Assembly (NCBI GenBank): GCA_963804755.1
Contig: CAWDRP010000002.1
Span: 118,179 to 182,178, forward strand
Origin: an uncultured Acidobacteriota bacterium
GTDB lineage: Bacteria; Acidobacteriota; Terriglobia; UBA7540
Length of the DNA: 64,000 bases
Direction: 5' to 3'
The notes under the pieces were generated by a model. The model was given only the letters and a program-made list of their open reading frames with translations. It was not told where the DNA came from and made no database searches. Positions 19,325 through 28,590 of the stretch are shown here, piece after piece. The translations under genes were made by a program, and so were the position numbers. How positions within the stretch are numbered: the stretch's first letter is position 1; the number at the start of each line of letters is the position of its first letter.

Positions 19325-22057
19325 CTATGTCAGCACCACTTCCAGCGGATGATCGGGCGTGACCGTAATTTCCCGGTCGAAGCTAATGATGCGGCGCGTG
19401 GGCTCCGTTTTCAGGCTTGCCTGCAACGCGTCCTCCCCCAGGCGCGCCGAAACCTTGTTGAATGGGCCTTTGGTGACGCCGTTCACCGCCAGCCGCGCTA
19501 CGGCGACTCTGCCTTCCGTGACCTGAACTTCCACGCGCTGCTCCTGCGGCTTGAGCGTGTGGGTGAAGCTGCCCCATCCCGACGGCACCGACCAGAAGCA
19601 GCGGAACGCCTGGCGGCGCGTGCGCGGCATCACGGTAAGTTCGCGCTCGGATGCGGAGTAGCGGAAACCGCTCCAGGCAAGGAAGCAGGCCCAACTCGCC
19701 AGGGCGCGCGCGTAGTGGTGGCCGCATTCCTGCTCGTTCCAGGGATTACGCCGCTCCCCGTCATGCCGGGCGCGCGTCGATTCCACAACGTTCAGCGCCT
19801 CCGTCATCAAGCCCTCGAACGCCAGCGACGCCGCAAACTGGTAATCCAAGCCGGTCCAAATCTCACCGAAATAAGGGAACGGAATCTCCGGCCGTTTGCC
19901 CAGGGGATACGTAGCCACCACCACGCCGCCTTCATCATTGAGGGCGTAGGTGCGCTGAAGATCAACATGCTCGCTCAGGTCCGGCCGGTAGTTGTATTTG
20001 TAAACCGACTTCAGCGCGGCGCGCACGTGCGCTTCATCCAACAGATAGCCAAGGCCCGCCACATGCGCCTGCATTTGGCCCAATAACTGGTCCGCCAGGC
20101 ACGCGTCGCCCATTTGATATTCCGGTTTCAGTGTGTCGCCTGCCCCCATCCCTACGCGGGTGCCGGGAGCGATTTGGTCGGCGGGCCGTCCTTCGACTTT
20201 TTGGATGTAGTACTCGCCGTTGAACAGGTTCTGGTCAAACCAGCGGCTGCCTTTTTCGAAAAGCCGCCGATACTCTGCTGCCGATTCCTGATCGCCAACC
20301 TGGCGCGCCATCTCCTCGCCCGCGCGCAAGGCGCCCAGGTAGTAAATCCCACAGAGGGGATTGGGGCCGTAGAACTCCACGTCGTACGTGTTGTGTTGGA
20401 CGCCCTCGGCAACGCCATCACGGTTCGCGTCCCAACCATTTTCGACCCAGGCGAATTCCAGCGCGCGCTTGGCGTTGGGCCACAGCCGGCGCAGCCAATC
20501 CGTATCACCGCACAGCCGCCATTCGCGGTAGAGCTTGATGAGGCAGCCCATCTGGCCGTCGGCTGCGGCCCGCGGCCAAATCTGCTTGCCGTCGGGCAGA
20601 TACGAGCGGAAGCCCATCAGCCCGTTCGCCTCGGTGTTGCGCAGGAATTCCGATTCGCGCAGAGAGTGCGCGAGCGTCGGGAAAAGCTGCGCGGTGGCCT
20701 GCTCGTAATTCCAGACGTGCGTGCAACTGCCGTGGCAGCAGCCCTGGTGATCGTTGCACCCTTCGAAGCCGTGGAACTCGCCATCGGCAGTGCGGAAGCA
20801 CGTGTTCACCCGCAACGTAGAAAGCGTGCTGGTGGCCGCATCGAGCACCGCCGGCGGCAAGGTGGATCGTTCCATCGCTTCCGCAAACGACCGGGTGCGC
20901 GCTTCGAGTTGGGGCAGTTGCTCAGCGGCTTGTCGAGCGGCCTCCCAGGCGTTGGCAAAACGTTCCGTGTAAGCGTTGCCCACAATCGTACTGCTGGGCA
21001 CCGCTTCCGGAGCGGGCCAGCCGCAACGTTCCGGCGTGCGATTGGGGAAATGCCAGGCAAGCAGAAACGTGACCGCCGCCTGGCCGCGCGCGGCAATGGT
21101 CTGCGTCACCGCCAGGGAACTCACGGGCATCGCCGCGGGACCACGGGAGTCCAGCGCGCCATCGTCGCTGAAATCATCCCAGAACGTCAGCACTCCATTC
21201 CACCACCCGGCCTGCTTCCAGCCGCGCAGATAAGAGACGCTGCCCGCAGGGGCTCCCGCCACACACAACGCAAACGAGCCCTTGAAAGGATCGAAAGACG
21301 CGAGAAACGGGTTATCCATGTACAAACCGCTCAGATCCGCCGCCTCCCGAAAAGCCGCTTGCCGGCCCGCTTTACCCACGGGGTTCTCGATGCTCCAGGC
21401 CAGGCCGACCCGGGCGGGAGCATCGTTGGGATTCCGGATCGCATATCGCAGTACTGCAAGGGGCCAGCCCGAGGCGTCAACATCCAGCGGAACGAGCGGG
21501 TTGAAAGCTTCCAGGGCAACCTGCACGGGCACGTGGGGATCACTGAAGGCAAGGCGCGCAACCGGGTATGCGCCCGTAAACGTGGCTTCCGCAAAACGCG
21601 GCAGACCGGGAGCATTGTCGGAACCGAGGCCGCTGGAGTTCCGGTCATACGGCGGTTGGAGGCGCGATTCCAGAACGCGCGTCGCCGGCTTCTGGTCTCC
21701 CACCTTGGCCCAAATCGCCGGGAACGCGTAACTCAACTCGTTTCCCGCGTCCGGCCGGTTGAAGATTTCCCAGTCGCGCAGTTGGCCGCGCCCGCCGAGT
21801 GAAATGGTGCCCGTGCCGATGCCCCCCAACGGAAAGGCGATCATCTTCAGGTTGCGCCCGGTGAACACACGGGGGAACTGCACGCGACTGGGGCCGGTTG
21901 CGGAGGGCGACGGCGCCGATCTCTGATTGCCGGCCGCCTTCGCGGCTTGACCGGCTAAGGCGGGGGCGCCTAAGGTCGCACTGAACGCCCCACCGGCAGC
22001 CACCTCCTTGAGGAAATCACGACGAGCGTAGCGCTTCCGACCCCGTTTTTCGGACAT
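19325..22057 (-). CDS. Glycoside hydrolase family 116-like (GBA2-type beta-glucosidase/glucosylceramidase) with Tat signal
   Basis: The N-terminal domain motif GGIGTGTISLGGRGQLRDWEIFNRP and a large (alpha/alpha)6-type C-terminal domain fit GH116. The start was moved to MSEKRGRKRYARRDFLKEVAAGGAF (Tat motif), which is preceded by AGGAG. Confidence 0.65.
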   Translation of the reverse strand: MSEKRGRKRYARRDFLKEVAAGGAFSATLGAPALAGQAAKAAGNQRSAPSPSATGPSRVQFPRVFTGRNLKMIAFPLGGIGTGTISLGGRGQLRDWEIFNRPDAGNELSYAFPAIWAKVGDQKPATRVLESRLQPPYDRNSSGLGSDNAPGLPRFAEATFTGAYPVARLAFSDPHVPVQVALEAFNPLVPLDVDASGWPLAVLRYAIRNPNDAPARVGLAWSIENPVGKAGRQAAFREAADLSGLYMDNPFLASFDPFKGSFALCVAGAPAGSVSYLRGWKQAGWWNGVLTFWDDFSDDGALDSRGPAAMPVSSLAVTQTIAARGQAAVTFLLAWHFPNRTPERCGWPAPEAVPSSTIVGNAYTERFANAWEAARQAAEQLPQLEARTRSFAEAMERSTLPPAVLDAATSTLSTLRVNTCFRTADGEFHGFEGCNDHQGCCHGSCTHVWNYEQATAQLFPTLAHSLRESEFLRNTEANGLMGFRSYLPDGKQIWPRAAADGQMGCLIKLYREWRLCGDTDWLRRLWPNAKRALEFAWVENGWDANRDGVAEGVQHNTYDVEFYGPNPLCGIYYLGALRAGEEMARQVGDQESAAEYRRLFEKGSRWFDQNLFNGEYYIQKVEGRPADQIAPGTRVGMGAGDTLKPEYQMGDACLADQLLGQMQAHVAGLGYLLDEAHVRAALKSVYKYNYRPDLSEHVDLQRTYALNDEGGVVVATYPLGKRPEIPFPYFGEIWTGLDYQFAASLAFEGLMTEALNVVESTRARHDGERRNPWNEQECGHHYARALASWACFLAWSGFRYSASERELTVMPRTRRQAFRCFWSVPSGWGSFTHTLKPQEQRVEVQVTEGRVAVARLAVNGVTKGPFNKVSARLGEDALQASLKTEPTRRIISFDREITVTPDHPLEVVLT

Positions 22058-22178
22058 TTTATCTCCTGCAATCAAAACAAGAAAAAAGCGGCCCTTTGTT
22101 TTCATCAACATCGCCGGATGCACCTTCATTTTTTGTAGCAAAGCCGGAAGGCAAGCCTGCAACCTCAGCAGAGAAAAT

Positions 22179-22206
22179 CTGGCACCTGACACCTGGCACC
22201 TGACAC
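22179..22206. promoter_or_regulatory. 14-bp tandem direct repeat CTGGCACCTGACAC x2 in the divergent GH116 / TonB-dependent-receptor intergenic region
   Basis: A perfect tandem duplication read directly in the sequence. Candidate operator for a shared regulator. Confidence 0.3.
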
Positions 22207-22486
22207 CTGTTCTTCCCTCCTCGCAATTCGGCGACACACCAGCCGCCGGTTGCCGAACCACAGAGTTCTAGCCTATATTCTTGGGAGAGGTCAAGCAAAA
22301 TCGTTGGAACATCAAATTCAAACTGAGCCACTACCAAAAATCATCGCGCGCGTGCATCGGCGCCCACGTTCCGATACAATAAGTTTTCGGGGTGCTGCCC
22401 GAGCGTATTCGGGTTCAGATTCAAATCCTGCTTCAGCAACCCTGTCCACGTACGGGCTCAATCATGGGTGGACCGGGCATGGGGTG

Positions 22487-24799
22487 ATGCCTGTGTTGAC
22501 GTCTCGACGAAACGCCAGGGCATGGGCGTTCGTTGCGCTGCTGCTCGCGAGCGCTGCGGCCGGGCGCGCCCAGGAAAAGACGTTTTTCCAAATAGAAGGG
22601 GTCGTTCGCGATAGCTCCGGAGCCCCGGTGCCGGACGTTGAAATCACCCTCAGCGGCGAGCATTTTCGCGCCCTCCAGAGGACCGATGGCGAGGGACGAT
22701 TCCAATTCCGCAATGTACCCGTGGCGTCGGGCACGATCAGCGTGCAAAGCGGCGCATTCAACCCCGTTCAACAGCACTGGGAGGCTCGCTCCCCAGGTTC
22801 CCAACCGTTGGAAATTACACTGGTCCCGAGGACGGTTGCCGCACGGGTGACGGTAACGGCCACCCGCACCACACAACGTGTGAGCGATACGGCCGCGAGT
22901 GTTGCGGTGCTGGATCACCAGGACCTCGCCACCAGCGGAGGGATTACGCTGGATGATACGCTGGGCGAAATTCCCGGATTCATGCTCTATCGCCGCAATG
23001 GCAGCCTGACCGCGAATCCCACATCCCTCGGCGTCTCGCTACGCGGTGTCGGGACCAGTGGCGCCAGTCGCGCGCTGGTGATTTCCGACGGTATCCCACT
23101 CACCGATCCCTTCGGGGGCTGGGTCTATTGGGACCGCATCCCGGAAACCTCCGTGAGCGCCGTGGAGGTGGTCGAGGGCGGCGTTTCCGACCTCTATGGG
23201 GGCGATGCGCTGGGCGGCGTCATCAACGTCATCCCGCGCCGGCTGCGCGAATCCTCCCTGTCACTCGAGACGTTCTACGGCAACGAAGAGACACCGGATG
23301 CGTCGCTGACCGGCAGCCTTCGTGCCGGCCCCTGGATGGCGGATATTTCCACCGAGGGTTTCCACACCAACGGCTACGTTTCCGTGTTGCCGCCACTTCG
23401 CGGCTCCGTCGATACGCCCGTAGCGTCTGAGCACTTCGTCGGACAGCTCACACTCGAGCGCCTCTTCGCCGGGCAGAACCGCGCCTTCGCGCAGGGGTCG
23501 ATCTTTGAAGATGCGCGGAAGAACGGCACACCGCTGCAAAACAACGACACCCGCGTGCGCCAGCTTGCCGGGGGTGCAGACTGGCAGTCGGCCGCGGCCG
23601 GCTCCATGACCCTGCGCCTCTACGGCGGCCCGGAAGACTACGACCAATCGTTCTCCTCGATTGCCGCCAACCAGAACAGCGAGACGCTCACGGACATCCA
23701 GCGGGTGCCCTCGTACCAAGCCGGACTTTCAGCCGGGTGGACACGCACCGCGGGCATTCACCAGACGCTGGCGGCCGGCTTCGATGGGCAGGAGGTCCGG
23801 GGCGCCAGCGACGAACTGCTGTACTCTGCCGGCGCCGTTCCCTCCGCCGTGGGTGCAGGCGGACGGCAGCGCTTGTGGGGTATCTACGGCGAGGACATCG
23901 TCCGCATCAACACCCGCTGGCTGATCACCGGCGGCGCGCGCGTGGACGACTGGCAGAATTACGACGCGCTTTCCGTCACCCGGCCGCTGGCCAGATCCGG
24001 GCCACTGCAAGTAACGAACTACGCCGCGCGGTCCGCGCAGGCGTTCAGTCCCCGGCTTTCCACGCTCTTCCGCGCCAAGGGAAACATGGTGATCCGCGCT
24101 TCCATGTATCGGGCGTTTCGTCCTCCGACGCTGAACGAACTCTATCGGAACTTCCGCCAGGGAAACACCGAGACGCTGGCCAACAGCGCCCTGACCGCCG
24201 AGCAACTGACCGGGGCGGAAGCCGGCGCCAGTTACACGGGATGGCACGAGCGGCTCAGCCTGCGCGGCACCTTGTTCTGGAGCGACATCAGCCGCCCCAT
24301 CGCCAATGTGACGCTCTCCACCACGCCGAACCTGATCACGCAGCAGCGGCAAAACCTGGGGGAGACGCGTTCCCGCGGCATCGAACTGGAGGCGGAAAGC
24401 AGCCCGACCCCATCGGTTACCTTGTCCGGCGGCTACCAATTCGTGGACGCGACCGTTACCCGTTTTCCCGCTGAGGCATCATTGGTGGGCCTGCTGGTTC
24501 CGCACGTGCCGCGGAATGACCTCACCTTCCAAGCCCGCTACTCGCGCCCGCACCGCCTAACTGCTTCTTTACAAGGGAGCTTCATCGGCTCGACGTTCGA
24601 CGATGTCCTGAACACGCTTCCCCTGTACCACTATTTCCTGCTGGATGCACTGGTTTCGCGCCCGCTACGGCACGGGATGGAGGTCTTTGTGGCCGGCGAG
24701 AACCTTTTCAACCAGCGCTACGACGTGGCCCGCACGCCCTTCCTCACCAATGGCCCTCCCGTTTTATTTCGGGCGGGTTTCCGGCTCATGATCCGTTAG
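22487..24799 (+). CDS. TonB-dependent receptor with N-terminal carboxypeptidase-regulatory-like (CarboxypepD_reg) domain
   Basis: Signal peptide, a CarboxypepD_reg-like beta-sandwich, plug-domain motifs (DTLGEIPGF...GVSLRGVG...ISDGIPLTDPFGG) and a long beta-barrel. This architecture is typical of Acidobacteria/Bacteroidetes TonB-dependent receptors. Confidence 0.8.
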   Translation: MPVLTSRRNARAWAFVALLLASAAAGRAQEKTFFQIEGVVRDSSGAPVPDVEITLSGEHFRALQRTDGEGRFQFRNVPVASGTISVQSGAFNPVQQHWEARSPGSQPLEITLVPRTVAARVTVTATRTTQRVSDTAASVAVLDHQDLATSGGITLDDTLGEIPGFMLYRRNGSLTANPTSLGVSLRGVGTSGASRALVISDGIPLTDPFGGWVYWDRIPETSVSAVEVVEGGVSDLYGGDALGGVINVIPRRLRESSLSLETFYGNEETPDASLTGSLRAGPWMADISTEGFHTNGYVSVLPPLRGSVDTPVASEHFVGQLTLERLFAGQNRAFAQGSIFEDARKNGTPLQNNDTRVRQLAGGADWQSAAAGSMTLRLYGGPEDYDQSFSSIAANQNSETLTDIQRVPSYQAGLSAGWTRTAGIHQTLAAGFDGQEVRGASDELLYSAGAVPSAVGAGGRQRLWGIYGEDIVRINTRWLITGGARVDDWQNYDALSVTRPLARSGPLQVTNYAARSAQAFSPRLSTLFRAKGNMVIRASMYRAFRPPTLNELYRNFRQGNTETLANSALTAEQLTGAEAGASYTGWHERLSLRGTLFWSDISRPIANVTLSTTPNLITQQRQNLGETRSRGIELEAESSPTPSVTLSGGYQFVDATVTRFPAEASLVGLLVPHVPRNDLTFQARYSRPHRLTASLQGSFIGSTFDDVLNTLPLYHYFLLDALVSRPLRHGMEVFVAGENLFNQRYDVARTPFLTNGPPVLFRAGFRLMIR

Positions 24800-25082
24800 C
24801 CGTCCAGAGGTGTTCGAGAACGCCAGCCTGTCAGCGCCGAGATAAAAGGAAGCCAGTTTCATCAAGTTGAGCAAACCAGCTTTTTGAGACCCCCCTCGGC
24901 GGAAACACGGTAAGAACTCGATATCAGAAAATCCAACGGTCAGAAAGACACTGAGATGGCTACCCGCTTCCACTGTCGCTGCCATGACCCAAGGGATTTC
25001 GCTCCTGCTTGCAGATTAATCGGGACAGTGCTATGGTTAGTGGTGTAAGATAAAGATTACAAGCAGTCTGCCGATAAAATGT

Positions 25083-25409
25083 GTGGAAGCAAAGCGGAGA
25101 AAGCGAAAAACGTACAAGACCGAAGATGGGACTGAACCCATCTTAGATTGGATGAAGGGTGTCCGACATCTTCCGCAAGTTCTTTCCAGGGTCTTTGTAT
25201 GTTTAGACCGGGCCGAAGCTGGGAATTTTGGGGACCATAGAAGCGTCAGAGAAGGGGTAATCGAGTTGCGGATTGATTTTGGACAGGGGTACCGTATTTA
25301 CATCGGCGTAGATGCGGACGACATCATACTGCTCTGGGGAGGAACCAAGAAGACCCAGGATGCTGACATTGAGACGGCGTTAAGATTTTGGAGAGACTAC
25401 AATGCCTAA
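25083..25409 (+). CDS. RelE/HigB-superfamily addiction-module killer protein (TIGR02683-like)
   Basis: GVIELRIDFGQGYRIYIGVDADDIILLWGGTKKTQDADIETA matches the family core. Overlaps the downstream HTH antidote gene by 8 nt. Lies in a local AT-richer stretch. Confidence 0.7.
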   Translation: MEAKRRKRKTYKTEDGTEPILDWMKGVRHLPQVLSRVFVCLDRAEAGNFGDHRSVREGVIELRIDFGQGYRIYIGVDADDIILLWGGTKKTQDADIETALRFWRDYNA

Positions 25410-25806
25410 GAGAACTGGCGATTACGATAGTTGGATGCTTGGAGAACTGACCGACCCTCGACTTGCGGCCAGCTATATAAACGCTGCCATGTCTGAAGAC
25501 CCAAGCTTGCTGAAGGTCGCTCTGGGGAATGTCGCGAAAGCTCACAGTATGAAGAAAATTGCGAAAGAGGTTGGCGTTGCGCGAGAAAGCTTATACACGA
25601 GCCTATCCGAGTGCGGAAATCCAACGTTATCCAACCTCATCGCCATCCTAAAGGCTGTCGGCCTAGCTATGGAGGTTGTAGCGCGGGTGCCGGAAACTCA
25701 AAACAACGCCTCCATTTCGAAGCGCCAGCCGCCGGGCGGATCACGCAGGAAATGGCGAGGTTCCTCCATTGGTTCGACCGAGGACCGGAGGTTGACCCGC
25801 TATTGA
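25402..25806 (+). CDS. HTH addiction-module antidote protein (HigA/TIGR02684-like)
   Basis: IAKEVGVARESLYTSLSECGNPTLSNLIAILKAVGL is the family HTH region. The C-terminal 35 aa of the ORF may be a read-through extension. Confidence 0.65.
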   Translation: MPKRTGDYDSWMLGELTDPRLAASYINAAMSEDPSLLKVALGNVAKAHSMKKIAKEVGVARESLYTSLSECGNPTLSNLIAILKAVGLAMEVVARVPETQNNASISKRQPPGGSRRKWRGSSIGSTEDRRLTRY

Positions 25807-26209
25807 AGGCCGGTATGGCGCAGTTGTGGTTCCGTCCCAAACCTTGTTCCGTTCATACGCTTCGTAGCGAGACGCCAATTTGGCTACAAACTTATCGGCT
25901 TCGCCTACACGGAGGTCCACCATAATCCCATTAGCCCCTGCTATCTCCATTTATAACCGAAGCACGGTCAACACGAAGAATGGGATATACGCCGAACACG
26001 AAGCACTTTCAACCAGTGATGAACTTCCTACCCAGGGACTAATTATCGGCTGGAGTGAACCCGCCGTCACGCAGCAAACACCGTCAAGGCGGTCGGCCCT
26101 ACCGGTGGGCTGAGGTCCAACATTATAACCTCTGCCACCCATGCAAACGTATTGATCAGCGCTTTTGGCTACCCCGGAAAGCGGGTATACTGCAACTGAG
26201 GAAAGTCCA

Positions 26210-26512
26210 ATGACCGTCACGTTGGGGCTACCGGACGACTTGGCTTCCGCCTTCACTTCTTCGGGCCAAGACCTTGGGCGCGTTACGCTCGAAGCTCTTG
26301 CTCTCGAAGGATACCGAACCGGGCGGTTGACGGAAGCTGACGTCCGACGAATCCTGCGCTTCGAGACCCGCATGGAGGTGCATGGCTTTTTGAAGGAACG
26401 CAGGGTTGCTCTGCACTATACGGTCCAAGATCTTGAACACGATCGCCAAGTCGCGCGGCTCGCCCACAATCAGCGACAGGAAGAATCGATTGAGAACCGG
26501 CTTCTCAAATGA
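26210..26512 (+). CDS. UPF0175-family antitoxin (partner of DUF3368 PIN-like toxins)
   Basis: MTVTLGLPDD...LEALALEGYRTGRLTEADVRRILRFETRMEVHGFL...ALHYTVQDLEHD fits UPF0175. GAGGAAAG ribosome-binding site. Confidence 0.6.
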   Translation: MTVTLGLPDDLASAFTSSGQDLGRVTLEALALEGYRTGRLTEADVRRILRFETRMEVHGFLKERRVALHYTVQDLEHDRQVARLAHNQRQEESIENRLLK

Positions 26513-26581
26513 TCGTTATTGCCGATACGAGTCCAGCCAATCATCCCATTCTGAAACCCACACCACAGGAGACTTCCATCC
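26509..26581 (+). pseudogene. Truncated DUF3368 (PIN-like) toxin remnant: only the first ~17 codons (MIVIADTSPANHPILKP) survive
   Basis: The canonical DUF3368 N-terminus overlaps the UPF0175 stop by 4 nt, as in intact pairs. The frame then degenerates into the signal-peptide region of the PQQ dehydrogenase. Confidence 0.4.
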
Positions 26582-26621
26582 ATGCCCGATCGATTCAACC
26601 GCCGCAGGTTTCTGAAGCACA

Positions 26622-28469
26622 GTGCCTCAACCGTTCTCGCCGCGTCGGCATGGAGTGCGCCCATCGTCGCTGCCCGGCCCCTCAGGTTCCAGTCCCAACC
26701 GTGAGTGGCGCGTCTATGGCGGCAATCCCGCGGGGACCAAGTATTCGCCGCTCGACCAGATCAACCGTTCCAACGTGCACAAACTTCAGGTTGCCTGGAC
26801 GTATCACACCGGCGACAGCCGCCTGAAACCCGCCACCACCATCGAGTGCAATCCGCTGGTCGTGAACGGCGTAATGTACCTCACCACGGCGCAACTGAAG
26901 CTCTGCGCGCTCGAGGCGGACACGGGCAAACCCGACTGGCAATTCGACCCGTTCGAAGGCATGGAGGAGGACATGCCGCGCGGCGTGAATCGCGGGGTGG
27001 CATACTGGGAATCCGGCAACGACCGGCGCATCCTGTTCGTGGCGCGCGCCCGGCTGTTTGCCCTCGACGCCCGAACCGGCAAGCTCATTCGCGAGTTCGG
27101 CCAAGGCGGCAGCGTGGATCTGACGCACGGCCTCGGCCGCAACATCAGCGGCTTGACCTACGACGTCACCTCCCCGGGCATCATTTACAAGAACCTGATC
27201 ATCCTGGGATCGATGTGCGGGGAGGGTCCGGAGCCCGCCGCGCCCGGCCACATACGCGCCTTCGACGTCCGCACGGGCGTAATGGCCTGGATCTTCCACA
27301 CCATTCCCCGTCCGGGAGAGTTCGGCAACGACGGTTGGCAAGGCGATTCCTGGCGCACCACGGGGGGCGCCAACGACTGGGGTGGAATGACGCTCGATGA
27401 GAAACGCGGCTGGGTGTTCGTTTCCACCGGCTGTGCGGCGTTTGATTTCTACGGCGGCCAGCGCCTGGGCACAAACCTGTTTGGCAATTGCGTCATCGCG
27501 CTGGATGCCGCCACCGGCAAGCGCATCTGGCACTACCAGGTGGTGCATCACGATTTGTGGGACCGCGACCTTCCCTGCCCCGCTGCCCTGGCAACGCTGA
27601 AGATCGGCGGCAAACGTGTGGACGCCGCCGTACAGCCCACCAAGTTCGGTCAGCTTTTCGTGCTCGATCGCGAGACCGGCAAGCCCGTGTTCCCGGTGGA
27701 AGAGCGGCCGGCGCCGCCCTCGGACGTGCCCGGCGAACAGGCATCGCCCACCCAGCCGCAGGTATTGCAGCCGCCGCCTTACACGCGCCAGGTTTTCACG
27801 GAAGATGACATCACCAATATCTCGCCGGAAGCGCACGCGTACATTCTCGACAGCTTCAAGCAACATCGCAGCGGCACGTGGCAACCGCCGAGCTTGCAGG
27901 GAACCATCGTCTTTCCCGGCTTCGACGGCGGCACGAATTGGGGCGGCGGGTCGTTCGATCCCACCACCGGCTGGTATTACGTCAATTCGCACGATGAGCC
28001 GTATATCATGACCCTGGTACAAGCCCCGGAAGGCTCCGGCTATCCTTACGCGCACACCGGCTACAATCACTTTCTTGATCAGGAGGGGTACGCGGCCATC
28101 AAACCGCCCTGGGGACAGCTCACCGCGTTTGACTTGAATCGAGGGGAGATCGCATGGCAGGTGGTGCTGGGCGAGTTCAAGGAATTAACCGCGCGCGGCC
28201 TCCCGCCCACCGGCACGCAGAACATCGGTGGGTCCATCGTAACGGCCGGCGGCATTGTTTTTGTTGGTTCGACGCAGGATGAGATGTTCCGCGCGTTTGA
28301 TAAGACCACCGGCAAGGTGTTGTGGAAAGCGCAACTGCCCGCGGGCGGCTATGCCACACCATGTACCTTCGAAGCCAAAGGCAAGCAGTACGTCGTCATC
28401 GCGGCCGGCGGCGGGGGCAAGATGCGCACGCGCTCCGGCGACGCCTTTGTGGCGTTCGCGCTCCCCTGA
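26622..28469 (+). CDS. PQQ-dependent dehydrogenase (quinoprotein 8-bladed propeller, glucose/alcohol dehydrogenase family). The Tat signal peptide at 26582-26704 is in a different reading frame.
   Basis: YGGNPAGTKYSPLDQINRSNVHKLQVAWTYHTGD and repeated W-containing propeller blades. In the neighbouring frame, 26582-26704 encodes MPDRFNRRRFLKHSASTVLAASAWSAPIVAARP (twin-arginine signal). That frame stops 20 codons before the EWRVYGG start of the mature domain. Confidence 0.75.
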   Translation: MPQPFSPRRHGVRPSSLPGPSGSSPNREWRVYGGNPAGTKYSPLDQINRSNVHKLQVAWTYHTGDSRLKPATTIECNPLVVNGVMYLTTAQLKLCALEADTGKPDWQFDPFEGMEEDMPRGVNRGVAYWESGNDRRILFVARARLFALDARTGKLIREFGQGGSVDLTHGLGRNISGLTYDVTSPGIIYKNLIILGSMCGEGPEPAAPGHIRAFDVRTGVMAWIFHTIPRPGEFGNDGWQGDSWRTTGGANDWGGMTLDEKRGWVFVSTGCAAFDFYGGQRLGTNLFGNCVIALDAATGKRIWHYQVVHHDLWDRDLPCPAALATLKIGGKRVDAAVQPTKFGQLFVLDRETGKPVFPVEERPAPPSDVPGEQASPTQPQVLQPPPYTRQVFTEDDITNISPEAHAYILDSFKQHRSGTWQPPSLQGTIVFPGFDGGTNWGGGSFDPTTGWYYVNSHDEPYIMTLVQAPEGSGYPYAHTGYNHFLDQEGYAAIKPPWGQLTAFDLNRGEIAWQVVLGEFKELTARGLPPTGTQNIGGSIVTAGGIVFVGSTQDEMFRAFDKTTGKVLWKAQLPAGGYATPCTFEAKGKQYVVIAAGGGGKMRTRSGDAFVAFALP

Positions 28470-28590
28470 GCGCCCGACGTACCGCCGGCATCCCTTCGCT
28501 TTGCTTAGCGCAGGCCTGCCGACGCTGGAGTTTCTGCAATTTGCTTTGTCGCTTGGAAACGGCGGCGAAATCAAACGATAATTCTATCCC

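Noticed and set aside
22179-22206. Sigma-54 promoter (TGGCAC)
   Set aside because: No TTGC -12 element at the required 4-5-nt spacing after either TGGCAC.
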